Assembly (NCBI GenBank): GCA_051294375.1
Contig: CM119263.1
Coordinates: 6,425,645-6,489,644 of the forward strand
From: Paraspadella gotoi
Lineage: Eukaryota > Animalia > Chaetognatha
DNA length: 64,000 bases
Reading direction: 5' to 3'
Part shown: positions 1 to 12,827 of the stretch, piece after piece
Position numbering within the stretch: position 1 is the stretch's first letter
Layout of the letters: every line of letters starts with the position of its first letter
Position numbers and translations under genes: made by a program
Notes under the pieces: generated by a model
What the model was told of the DNA's origin: nothing
Database searches by the model: none
The model's input: only the letters and a program-made list of their open reading frames with translations

Positions 1-662
1 ATCTAAACATAATATTAAGACATAATCTAAAACATATTGCATCCGATACTTATTTTCTACAAAATTTCTGAGCGAAGTTTGTTGATGGTACAAAATAATA
101 TATAATTGACCATCAATAATCCAAAATATAGAAAAATATTTCTTGAACAAGGGGGGGAAGATAAATAAATGTAAAGTATTCACATAGTTTGCTTGTTATT
201 ATTTGGATAAAAAAAACCATCGTAGTTATCAAACCATTCCTTTTTTCGGATTTTGACAAAAAAATAACTAAAATGTTAGTGAATCAAAAATCGCAGTTAT
301 GTAGATTACAAAACCGTTGATATTATTTTTAATTTAAATCTGCATCGAGAAGGAATAAAATTCTATCGGTGACGGTTTCTCATTCAGATTAATAAGAAAT
401 TCAAATTTCAATCCTTGACTTTTTGTTTGAAATTGAGTGACTGATTATAACCTAAGTTCGACTTCGTGAGTTTGAAAACAAAACCACAATAGTACTTGGC
501 TAGCGTTATATAACATAACATATGCCAATATAGATCTTCAAAGTTTGGTTTGGTTTTGCTTTAGATAGAAAAAATAATTGCAAAAAACAGAATTTAGTTC
601 AAAATTTTCTATTGAAGAGACAGTAATTATTTTTGAGTTAGTGATAGAACCGTTCAATATAA

Positions 663-739
663 GCAGTCCCTGAGCTTCGGATCAGGCTGTAACAACATGT
701 TACAGGCGGGGTTAAGCGCCCCCGTCCTCTTATAACTGC
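663..739 (-). ncRNA. Type-P5 twister ribozyme candidate in the 3' LTR
   Basis: Near-identical to 1107-1179 and 4647-4720 apart from small indels. Confidence 0.7.
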
Positions 740-1106
740 CAGACGACCACCGGGGTAGAACCCCGGACCTTTGGGTTGGGAGCGCGAATGACTTGCCTCC
801 GGCACAATGGCCGCTGAGTATGAACGGTTGGTGGAGTTTTAGTCCACCATACATCCCCCCCTCCCGGTAGGGAAGATGTTTCTTGCGTCTCTTCAATGAA
901 TTGTTGTTGCTGGTGGAAAGGTGCGTTCACCAAGTTGCAGGCATGATACGCCTGATGTGTTGTGGGGCGGAAGTGCCATCGCCAGGTTGAGGCATGTCGC
1001 CTGATAATGTTTGTTGTGTTTGCTGTTGTGTTCCGGAGTCGGGCATCAACCAATGAAGAGGACAGTAATTATTGTTTATAGTTAGTGATAGAACCGTTCA
1101 ATATAA

Positions 1107-1179
1107 GCAGTCCCTGAGCTCGGATCAGGCTGTAACACCATGTTACAGGCGGGTTAAGCGCCCCGTCCCTCTTAACTGC
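1107..1179 (-). ncRNA. Type-P5 twister ribozyme candidate in the 5' LTR
   Basis: Same fold as 4647-4720, with one base missing in loop L4 (possible read error). Confidence 0.7.
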
Positions 1180-1350
1180 CAGGACGACACCGGGCTAGAA
1201 CCCCGACCTTTGGGTTTGGGAAGGCGAATGACTTTTGCCTCCGGCACCAATGGCCGCTGATGAACGGTTGGTGGGTTTTAGTCCACCATACTATTTCTGA
1301 TTAACATACTGATTCGATATGAATTTAAAAATGGTAACGTTTATTTACAG

Positions 1351-1446
1351 GCTGCCCTTCGCTGTACTAGATCCTCACTATGGATGTAGATGTACACACA
1401 ACTTGGACTTTTTACAAAGGCTTTCACCTCAATATTGTTCGTTGCA
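1351..1446 (+). CDS. Exon of the PKD1-like gene encoding part of a WSC domain
   Basis: tttacag|...|gtaagt. Reads LPFAVLDPHYGCRCTHNLDFLQRLSPQYCSL and joins in phase to the 5061 exon (QCTQ...GGSNVAFNIYHV), giving WSC-like CxC...C...C...GG..Y spacing. Confidence 0.7.
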
Positions 1447-4400
1447 GTAAGTAATACAAAATCAAATTCATCTATTAGTATCTAAGATAAATTTGTTATT
1501 TGGCACGTATTGTAAACAATTTTAAATAAAAATATTCTTAACCTGCGTAATAAATATATTCTTTATGATACAGCACCGAATTTATTGATTAAGAAGTTCT
1601 TGTGCTTTTTGGTCAAGGGCGTAGCGGAAAGTTTCCACATTAACCTTACCTTGCCCAGAAATCTTCTCTGCATTCTCCCAAATTTTATGGAAGGATTCCT
1701 CATTTATATTTATTACCGGAGAAAATATTTTTTTTATTTCTTCTTTCGATCTTGATTGAAAAAAGTCTTTTTCAAAAACCCCTTTTTGAGCATAGATGGA
1801 TGGATGGACTATTCCATAAGCATTTGTTTGGTCTCCGTAGTTCGTTGTGTCAGAAATTCTCCTTAACCTCGGGGCAGCTTTATCGCATCTAATAGTAGGA
1901 ATTCCATACCTTCGCCATTCTCTTGTATCGTTTTTTTCAGATCCTCCAATTACCGATTTTATTTTCATTGCAGAAGTTTTATAGTTGCCGATAGCCTTAT
2001 CAATACTTTTTGGTATATTTGGTAATTTTTCCAATTCCTGTCCTGGCTTTCCGCTTGGAAGATAATCCTTCCAGTTAAGATAGTTGACAAATGCTAGGAA
2101 GCTTATTTTACCATTTGTATCTCCGCCGCACTGTTTTACTAACTCGTTTAGCAATTCTTCTTCTAGTGTAAATCCAGCTCTGCTGCAAGCTTCCGCTAAT
2201 TCGGACTTTTCAATGAAGCCATTCTTATTCCTATCGTAATCGTTGAATGCTTGCCACAGCGTTCGATATTGTTGATAATTAATCTTCTTCATCTGGTGCT
2301 GCACAATCGCAACTGAGCCTCGTGCTCGATCTTTACCTCTCATAGTTTTTGATTCCTTTGTCTGGTTAGATTGAACGCGGCCATGAATAACATCACCTGC
2401 TCCATAGGGATCTGGCTTGATGAGTATGCCGAATGTGTGATCTTTAGGCAAGTGTTCGATCGTAAGTTTTAGCGGATCATGGACCGACGATATCTGATGT
2501 TGACTTCTCTCCCTGTAATCATCCACCCGTTTGCTAACGAGCGGAGCCGCTCTCCGAGCTGCGGTTTCCGTCAGCCAGATCATGCTTCGTTTGATGTTGC
2601 GTCCGGCGTTGTCATGAGGAGTCGGTTTTCCCCGAATTTCCTGGGAATCGAAGTTGACGTCGTACACTCGGTGCTTCTGCTCTCCCACGAAATAACTGTT
2701 GTGACTCTTTACATATAGTCTGTGGCCTGAGACATGATTGGCGTCTATCTCCGTCGGATCTAGTTCCGGATTGACGAGCGCTTTGGCGCCGATATCCTTA
2801 AGACTTTTAACTCCGAAAGTTGTAGATAAAAGGTTTACTCCTTCGGGAAGACCCGGTCCCTGGTCGTGGGAGGAACCCAGAGGTGCTCTCCTTACTGAAT
2901 CATAAACAGATTCGTCCCTTTGCCTTTGGTGGTTGGAAAATTTTGAAAGCGGCGCCGGATTGACGACGGCTCCAGCTGCTTGAGACGATTTCGTGGAAAC
3001 TCCGTGACGCAATGCTTCAAAGGTGCGCGTTCGGTCATAGTCGTCTGCGACGCCATAAAAGACCCGTCTTTCCGATGGAGCAGGTCGCAACGTCAACCGG
3101 AACTTTTTAACTGCAGCAGGTGACGTCGGCCTCGGAACGTGGTTGTCGGGCTGGATGCAGGGATCGACCCTTTCACCAGGATTGATAAGAATGCCGGCCG
3201 CGCGTTCATCGGGGTTGCGATCTCTGAAGTACCCTTCGTAAATTCGGCTGAATTTTGTTGCCGTTGACATTTTTAAGATGATATTCAAGAAAAAAACGTC
3301 TCTAGTTGCTGAAAATTTTTGTAAACGTTTTATGACTTTTTTAGTTCTCTAGTTTTGTCTGGTTGGACTTAGAACTAGTAACTCTGGTTACGTTTTCTAT
3401 CGTTGCCAAGCGTTGCTATGAAAATCAGCTGATAAATAGGTTATTGACGCATGCGAACTAGCTCGATGAAAAGTTTTTCTCATTAATCCCAATTTTTGAT
3501 TCTTGAAGACGAACTGTCTTAGCACATGTGATACGTATTACGTATGGTAAATTGAGTGTTCGTAGGATAGAGGCAAGAGTACTGTCACTGACAGTGTCAG
3601 ACTGATTTATCTTTTCAAAAAACAAAAGATAGATTCTGAGTTTTTCTTTCATAATTTTTACTCATTCTGAAGTTGTGTTATTCTGTTAGTCTAATAGTTA
3701 CATATATAATATATTATTAATGCAAAGCATGATTTTAACCAAAACCAAAAGTTTTTCTTTAAAAAATTTCGGTAGCCTAGATTTAATCATGCATACTGCA
3801 TAGAATATGTAATTGAGCTGCGTCAAAATAGCAATCATTATATATTCAAGAAATACTGCCATATACAGTTATTGATTGTAATCTTGATCGTTACTATGTA
3901 GTATGTAAGGTATTACTTTCAACACACCATCTTTGGTTAGATTATACGTTCGAAAACGTGAAGGCAACTAAAAATGACGTCAACAAGAACAAAAATATCT
4001 AAAAGGTTGCAAAAAATGTTCAAAAGAAGCGTCGGGCAATACCAATTGTTGTGACTCGAAAACCAGAATTTGGAGAAAAATTCGAGGCATGTTTTTAGGG
4101 AGAGAAGAAATACGTATATTTATAAAATTGGTACAACCAATATAAAAATTATACCATTCATTTAATAAATAAGCTATCTTGCCCCTGACTTTGGACAGTA
4201 AGGCCTAGTGAAAGTTGCAGATCAAAATAGTAAAAAACATTTTAAAATTTTAGCATTTTCTATGGTGAGTACTATGTATAAATATGGGCGCATGCGAAAA
4301 TTAAAAAAAAATTTTTTTTATTTAAAAATGTTCACAGGTACAAGCCTGTTCATGATCTATTATTCGAATTTTGATTCTACTTGATTTTAATATTTTTGCT

Positions 4401-7400
4401 ACGCTTTATTGGACAGGCTTTAGTGGTTTAAGGCCTCCATCATTCTTACAAGATAATGACATAGCAGTTCCCTGCAAGCTCTCAATCAAGATTCACTCAG
4501 TCTTGTTTATTCACACCCAAAGTACTTGATATCTCTATCAAGGATGTGTATATTACCAAAAACAGAGAAAAAACAAAAACAGTAAATATCACAATGAAGA
4601 GACAGTAATTATTGTTAAGTGTTAATGACAGAACCGTTCAATTAAAGCAGTCCCTGAGCTTCGGATCAGGCTGTAACACCATGTTACAGGCGGGTTAAGC
4701 GCCCCGTCCCTCTTAACTGCCAGGCGACCACCGGGCTAGAACCCGGGACCTTTGGGTTGGGAAGGCGAATGACTTTTCCTCCGGCACCAATGGCCGCTGA
4801 TGAACGGTTGGTGGACTTTCGTCCACCATAACAACAACAAAAACCACGAATTTACATTAGCTGAAAAGGTCAGCCATAACAAGTTCATTCATGGTCGAAT
4901 ATAACCGGATCATTCTTCGTCATGTCGTCGTCGTCAAATCAAAATACATTCAATTAAATATACTTTCGAAATAGAATTTTCTTTTTTATTGACTTAGTAT
5001 GCTGATTGTTTGATGCTTGTTAAAAGAACTTTTTGGCGAAACCTTTCCGAATTCTTGCAGATGCACGCAGTCTTCGCCTCCTTTGTTCTCCCAACTTCTG
5101 GGGGAATCGGCGGAAGAGACTCTCCCTCGGAGTCCCCCGGCGGTTCTTCCTTTCGGGGGATCAAACGTCGCCTTCAACATCTATCACGTGAGGGGACCTT
5201 TCATCAGAGATATGCAGCTCACCGCAGGGCCTCACTACATCGTCGAAGGCGACGAGGTTCCGTTCGAAGCGCAGATCAACCTAGAATCCATGAAAAACCT
5301 GGGTAAGTTCTAGTTATTTGCGAGTTTTTTGTTGCAACTCACTTTTCGGTTGGTAGGTAGGTCTGTCCGTTAATTTTTTTTTATATGTTCATATTGATTA
5401 ATATTATGAAAATTTGCAAAATTACTAATATTATATAATTTTCGATAACATTTGGTAAAAAGGTTAAATACTAGGAAATCCTCAATGTTTGTATATTTTA
5501 TACATATATGCAGACATTGAAAATGAGCTTACTTGTAACAAACCAAGGTAATGATATATGCGAAAAGAAAAATAACCGACAGGCTCGGTTCCAGTCGGCG
5601 AAAGTCAAATAGTTCCTCATAATTTTTTAAATATTTAGTTAATATAATTAATATTTTGCGAGGTGTTATTAAATGCTGTTTGAGCATGTTAAATATTTGT
5701 AAATATTTATAATTTATATTTATATTGTAATAATTATATATATGTTTTATACTTAAATGAATATAGTGACGTATTTATCGGGAAAGGCTTGTCAATGCGG
5801 TAACACACTGAAATTGCGGTTTTGTGTTTTTCTTAATTATCGATCCAACACGATGTTACGTAATTTTGGGGAGACAATTCGGCCGGATTCTAAAAAATTA
5901 GGTATTAAGGTATTATCACAAAACACGACCCAAACTCTAAAATCAAAGTCAAGCCAAAGTCTATCTTATTTCCTCGTTTTTCTATTCGATATCTGAATTA
6001 CCCGGATTGTGTTTCAATAACAATTTGTGATTTTTCTTTCTTAGGAATTGGTTTAAATGATTCCCTGGTAAAAATTTTGACGTTTGATTGGTCGATAGCG
6101 AACAACGTCTCCCAAGAAAGAGTTAACGTTTCTCCGACTGGCTTGGCCTCCTCAGTCAGGGTCCAAACCTTTCACAAGCGGGGAATTTATCCAATAGGTA
6201 TATATTTCTAATTTTGTCGCATCTAGACTTGATGCATTTACCAGTTTTTTACTTCTTTTTTTTGGTTCCGATTCCATCTGCGATGGTATAGTACTTTGTC
6301 TGATTTGTAGTTTAAATTTAAATTACTTACAGCGGTGGTCGTTTCAAACGCCATCTCTTTCGGAGCAATCGCTGACAACATTACCGTCCGCTCGCCCGCT
6401 CCCTATGATCTTCAAATTCGGCAGTCGTCGGAATCTACTCCGCCATCTTGCTTTCTATATGGGGATGGGTGAGCCCTTAATTATTTTGTTTTTTTAAATT
6501 AAATGAAAGGAGAATGCCTCATGGTGATTTGCCATTAAAAATTTTAATAAAATTGAGGTAATAAATTTTAACTTTCAAGTTAAATAGAATTACTAAGAAA
6601 AAATAAATTGAGAGCCGACCGAAATTTTAAGTCATATTCAGTATCAGCCAAAGTTAGAAACAGTTTCGTATATTAGTGAGTAGCATTTTTAAGATTATCA
6701 ACATTACGAACACATTAAAACATCGCTCCTGAAAGTACATTTTAAAAAAACCTTTAAAAAAAAAACGCAGGAACAATGCAGAAGAAAAACTTGAAATCTA
6801 AGAGAGCGAGAAAAATGTTTTTCTTCTGTGATCCCCTTTGTTATGTAAATTTAATCCGGTTCGTTATTTGCTCATTTCAGCAGAAATTTTCAGTTTTCAC
6901 TATTTACTTCCCCGGCCTCCACCCACTCGCCCCTTTATCTTGTCCCATAAAGATAAACCGATGCCATACCTCGCCCTGGCACTGGCTTTGCTGCCCCTTT
7001 CTCTTTTTTTCCTCATTGCTTCTTCTTCCTTTTAATATTTTTCTTCTATTCTCTTCTTAATTTTCCCCCTCTATTTTTCTTTTATTTCCTCTTCCTTTCT
7101 TCTCCTTTCTTTCTTTTTTCTTCCTTTCTTCTCCTCTGTTATCGTATTTCTTTTCCCTTTTACTATGTTTTCTTTTCTTCCTCCTTTGTGCTGGATCGAG
7201 GATTAAACGTTTTCAATGTTGAAGATAGACCAAAGTGTTTTCGCATTAGCATCGGATAGCAAAGACTACGCATAATTACTTATGTAGATGGTGAAGTATA
7301 TTTCGTAAAGTAGTGCTTTGGCTTTGTCTTGTTTATCGCATTAGCAAGTATAATTTGTTAAAAATATTTTTTATGGTAAATATAACGTATATAAAATAAT

Positions 7401-10400
7401 TTAATTATAACTGAAACACTGAATTCAGTTTGCCCGCGGACGCAATTTTGGAAGGCGTTTACGTGGATACTATCGTCCGGCTGCAAGCGGAGGTGACCAC
7501 TGGGCGCAACTTGACTTTCGAATGGCGGCTATTGGGTCCCGACGGTGAGGGTACCTCGAAGAGAGAGGCGAAAATCGCTCCAGACTGCTACCGATTGTCT
7601 TGTCTCATCAACGAGCAGGTGACGTTTCTAATTCTTTATTTTTGGCCGAGTAGCGACCCCCTGACTTTCCCTTTTCACTCCAGACTTACAAGTTTACCTC
7701 GACCGGACTTCACGTCATTTCCGTCACGGTTTCCAACCGCCACGGGGAAATCACTCGAACGATATACGTGGTGAGTCACCCATCCGTTTTCCGATGGCAA
7801 AACATTTTTATTTTATTTTTCTTCTTGTCGAATAAAAACATAATCCAAGTTGGATTACGAGCCGTAAGTTCTTTCATTGCCATCATTATAATGGTTCCCT
7901 TTTATTGACGTCGTTATCGAGAATTTCGTTGCGAGAGCTTTTTTTTTTTCATATCCGCGTGTGAGAACATCTATTTTATTACGGCATATTTTCTATTTGC
8001 TCCTCGCGTTTAGAATAACTTTTCTCTCGCGCAGAATGAGAGAGACGGAGGCGCACCTGGATAAAAAGGATGTCTCCTCGCGTTAGGCTATTTTTTCCTC
8101 GAAGAGAAACGGCTCGAGATCTTTAATTTATGAGAAATTATGAAGAAACGTTTTATTTGGTTTAAGAAAAAAAAGACCTCTTACTCTCGCTGCCTGCTCT
8201 ATTCAGGGATAGATAAGCGCAATTGGAAAAGCAATTCGCCAAACCGATTCTCTGAAGTCTCGTGTGACTGGGGTCACGTGATCCTTCCTCTGACCGCTTA
8301 TCCTCCTCGGCCTGAAAGCAGGCAGTCTCTCTCTCTCTCTCTCTCTCCTCTCCTCTCCTCCCCCCTCTCCTCTCCTCCCCCCTCTCTTCCCTTCCGTGCT
8401 ACTAAGATGTGAAAAGAAATCAATTAACGCTGGTCGAACTTCGGGTGGATTTTACTGGAGAAAGAGATGTAACCGAGGATTTAAGTTTGTTCTCGAGGGA
8501 CAAAAAAGGAAAATCCCCCTGAAAAATATTTGTACCCCCGCAATTTCTTTTTTGTTAATTAATCTCCCAGGGCTTATGTAAGAAATTGTTTTACGTATAT
8601 TTTTTCGATTGTGATGTTTTCAGCTTTTATCTCGCCAGACGGGCGAATGCCCGACTTGGGCGAAATTTTAATTCGTTTTTGCTTTTTGACCGTAGTCGTT
8701 GTCACGCTGTTTTAATATTAAAAATAGATTAAGTGTATAACCATAGAAAGCTGAAAATTTAGATATGGCTTTTCATCATTGAGGTCTTTTAAATTGTTGT
8801 TTTATATTCCTACACTCATTTGTTTGTTTTATTTATAAAACAATTTTTATATATATATATATAGACAAGTTCAGCTCTGCAGCGGCTGTCCCTTGGCTGT
8901 TCAGCGGCTGTCCAGTTTTTCTTTTTCTCTCTCTCTCTAAAAACGAGTTCAATCAATTACTATTATATCAATCAATCCATCAATTACTATTACATCAATA
9001 ATTTGTTATCGTATCAATTTTTTTTTTTTAATGTTTGGCGAGATCACTATACTTTTAAGATTTTTTTTCCATCTTCATGAAACTTTGGCGTTTTCTTTGT
9101 TTTCTATCTGTTTTCCTTCTGTTTTCTTACTTAAATCGCTTTTCCTGTCTTACGAATTTTCCTCCATTTTCCTCCATTAACAATTTTTCCCTTTTGTCAT
9201 CCTTTTCTATACTACCTCCTTTATTTCCCACGATCCCTTCCCTTATTGCCCCTCAGGCTGTCCTTGAGCGTAAAACGTGGAACCCCTCGTTCTTGATCCA
9301 CGAAGAGTCTCCCTCCACGACGACGACGACGACCCCGCCTCCTTACGTGGCCACCGCCCGAGCGCCCCTAAACTTCGTCTTCTCCTTTCAATCGTCCTTC
9401 GGGCCGGACATCCCTCTTCTCTTTGACTTGGACGATGGAACAAAGTTCAGACTCTCGGGTGAGAGAGAGAGAGCGAGAGAGAGCGAACTGTAAAAGCGAG
9501 CCCTATTTGGTCTTCTTTGTCCTTGAAAACGATCATTTCTCTTTTCCTCCACTGCCATCTCCAAGATCCCCCGTCTTCTCCAACTGGAAACCCACGGGTG
9601 GAGAGAGTCTTCGATAACCACGACTGCCGCGTCTCGGTGCTACTACGCCACGCTTTCGTCGACGAGGGCGATTATCTGCCCAACGTCGTCGTCGAATCTC
9701 CACTGGGGCGAATGAGGGTCGAGCTAGACAAGCGCGTTGGGGTCTTTCAAATCCTCGACGGCCCAATCATTAATGCCTCCCAGGTCTCTGGATTTCTTCA
9801 TTTTTTTTCATTTTTCATTATCATAAATTTTTAAAATTGTTGGCTTTAATTTCAGGCCGTAGAGACGAAGATTGGTCACCGCTTCGCCGTTCAGTTAATG
9901 AATAAACCCTCGAGAAAAATTAGGCGAGTTTAAGGCGCCGTTGAGAGAAATGACTCGTCTCTCATGGAACGCCCCATCCATTCTCAATTTTTCTTTCCCC
10001 CTCATCTCCACTCTTTTTCGTAGGTACGAGTGGCGGGCGACCTCTTCCAATTCTTCCTTCTCCTTTGCCTTTGGTCCTTCCTCGTCCCCATATTTGGATA
10101 TCGTTTTTCCATTCCCCGATGTCTACACACTTTGGGTCAATTCTTCCAACCCAGTTTCCTTTGTCGCGGCCACCGAAGAGGTTTCTGCCGAGGATTCCAT
10201 CAGGGGTGAGAGTTTCCTAAGCGTTAGATTTATGCGGAAGGGGGGGGTAAAGGGATGGGTGGTGCCTTCTGGCGCGTGAAATTACGTGCACACGAGCATT
10301 GTCCGCGTGCTCATTTATTGAAACTTTCCTCACTGAGAGCATGCGACTCACGTGCGCACTTAAAAAAAGTTAGTATCAGTCGTGTGGTTTGAGTGTGTTT

Positions 10401-12783
10401 GCAACCACCAAAGCCGTCTCTTTTGACTTCCGATTGAAAAATGGAAGTTTTAGCCATTTTTTTTTCTTTTTGCGAGCTTAAAATATTTTATTAAATCTGA
10501 AAGAAAAGGAAAAAAATGGAAAGAGAAACTCAGAGCTGCGAGCGAAAACGATTGAGAGCTTCAGTACTGAATCTGGGAGGTTATAAATCTCGCTGGGTTT
10601 CGTGCAAATATTTTGTCGAAAATATTTTGATAAAAGCGTGCGCGCTCTGTGTAAAGGAATCCGTGTTTTATTTGTTAACCATTTTTTTTTAATTATTCTC
10701 ACTGTCCCCGCCCCTCGCCTACGTACTCCCTAGGTCTAGAAGCGTCGACGAATCACAGCGAGTATCTGGCGGTTGGTGAGACGCTTCGAGTTAAGGCTTG
10801 GGTGCGGAGCGGCACCAAAGTCAAATTCAAATGGAAATTCGAACCTCATTCACAGACGGAAAGGTTGGTCCTTTCGCTCGGGACGGAAATTGATGTGAAA
10901 GCATTTTTTTCGTGGGATTGATGTGTATTTTCGTTTAGGCTTCAGTCGAGTAACTTGAGTTATGAAGAGAAATAAATATATTAGGGCAGTAAATTGAAAC
11001 AATTTGACATGGATAAAGTGATAATTTTTTTTAGATTTCTTAAAAAGTAATTAGGTTTTCGTTTTTTAAAACTACCGTGTACACTATACAGTAATGCGGG
11101 CCAAAATTGAACACTTTTTATATCTTCTAGTTCTCTCAAAAAAATTTTTTTCAATGCAACTTTTTGAATTAGTTCATTGGGTTGTTGCACTGAAGCTTTT
11201 AAATATTTATTAATGTATATTATATAAGAAATGACAAAAAAATTTTATTTTTTAATAACTATTTTCAATTATTTTCATAATTCTCTAACCATTATTTATT
11301 TGAGAGAACTTCTAGTTTTCAACCTGTTCCGGCCTACTATAAAGTATACACTGTATGAAGTGTATATGCTGAAGAATTGAATTATAATTTTTTATATACA
11401 TTTTATAATCAACACACTTCTCTGATTTTTGATTCGCAAACGCATGCATAATTGGTAATTTGAATATAAAAAAAAATATTCTTTATAATTAAGCTCGAGA
11501 ATGGAGACCAGTCACGTTTTCCTCACTACCGGCATTTACAACATCATCGTAGAAGCGTCCAACCCTGTTTCCTTCGCCATGTTCGAATTAGGTCAGTCCC
11601 TTTCTAGTTTTTGCAACTATTGAAAAGAAGTACAGTAAATAACGACGATGTTTGAGTCAATCTGCGTTTCCATCATTTCACCTCCCCGTTCTCGAATTTG
11701 GTAATCTGTTCAGAAATAACGGGAATCCATGATTCCTCCTTCTCCTCCTCCTCCTCCTCCCCCGCATAAATAAAAAGAAGAGAAAAAAAACCTTGGGTAG
11801 ATCTCGGATTCCCTTAGTTTTCTATATCGAGATTCAATTGGGAGAAAAAGATTGGGAACCGCAACGCGCTCGCGAGCGCGCGGATAAAGCGCCCTTGGGT
11901 ACGGGTCGGAATATGTAATTCGAGATCCCTCGTTTTATGACATCCTCCTCCTTCCAATTTTTTTTTCTCGACTCCTCCCATCGAGCTCCACCCCCCGTTC
12001 ACTCTCGCCGATCCAGCGAACGGAAACCCATTCATTTCCCCCTCGCGCAACTGGCCTGATTATCCTCGAATCTGCATTCGTTCGGCCGTCTCTTTCTCCC
12101 GCACTTTCTCTCTATTTTTTTTTCATCCTTCCATCTAACCATCCATTGTTTGCATTCCCCGTTTCATTTCCTCTACTCTCTCTCTCCCTCTCGCTCTCTC
12201 TCTTGTGTCGCATCTGCATTTTTTATTGTTTGTCAATTTTCCCTTCAGGGGATTACATCGTGGAGGATCGAATCCGGACCTTGCTCGTCGGCCCCGTCGT
12301 ACCGCTGCTTGTGGGTCGACCCTTTCAACTGCGCGTGGAGACGCTCGGGGGCTCCAGCGTCCGGTTCGAAGTTGATTTCGGCGATGGCGACCTTCCCATC
12401 AAATGCGAAAGCGTCGTCGATAACGCTTGCGTGCTTTCTTATTCTTACGAGTAAGTTACTGTGTCAATTCCCATCCCCTTCTACATATTTTTTAGTCCCA
12501 TTGCCTGACATATTACATCGTCTAATATTTACTTGGACGGTTTGATGTTGGCTCGATTTTCCTTTTCACATTAACTTTGTTCTGTCCTTTTGTTGTTACC
12601 CCAGGACGTGTTCCATTCTCGTAATTTAATGTCTTTGATTATAGCGCAATTATGCGGATGCGATGCAGTTCTGCAAAGCAAATGCAGAACATTAATGATA
12701 AATTATGCCCAGTATTTTTCATCGACTGAGCCACCCCGGTTGTTCCTTCATTTTTTTCTGAAACCCGATCTCTCTTCCTGATT

Positions 12784-12827
<44 letters not shown>

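Larger units (their letters stand above)
613..1290 (-). mobile_element. Complete non-autonomous LTR retroelement (TRIM/retrozyme-like): LTRs 613-851 and 1054-1290, 202-bp non-coding internal region, 4-bp TSD CTAT
   Basis: Two ~238-bp direct repeats; CTAT at 609-612 and 1291-1294. On the minus strand the 5' LTR ends ...CTCTTCA, followed by PBS-like TGGTTGATGCCCG, and a purine tract GGGAGGGGGGGA precedes the 3' LTR. Confidence 0.9.
4595..4830 (-). mobile_element. Solo LTR of the 613-1290 family, 4-bp TSD ACAA
   Basis: High identity to both LTRs; ACAA at 4591-4594 and 4831-4834. Confidence 0.9.

Noticed and set aside
613-851. Helentron/HINE, snoRNA or HDV-ribozyme reading of the 238-bp repeat
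   Set aside because: Two independent 4-bp TSDs plus PBS/PPT fit an LTR; the structured signal is on the minus strand.
654-1260. ORFs of 62-107 aa within the LTR element
   Set aside because: Frames are not conserved between LTR copies and carry no recognisable motifs.
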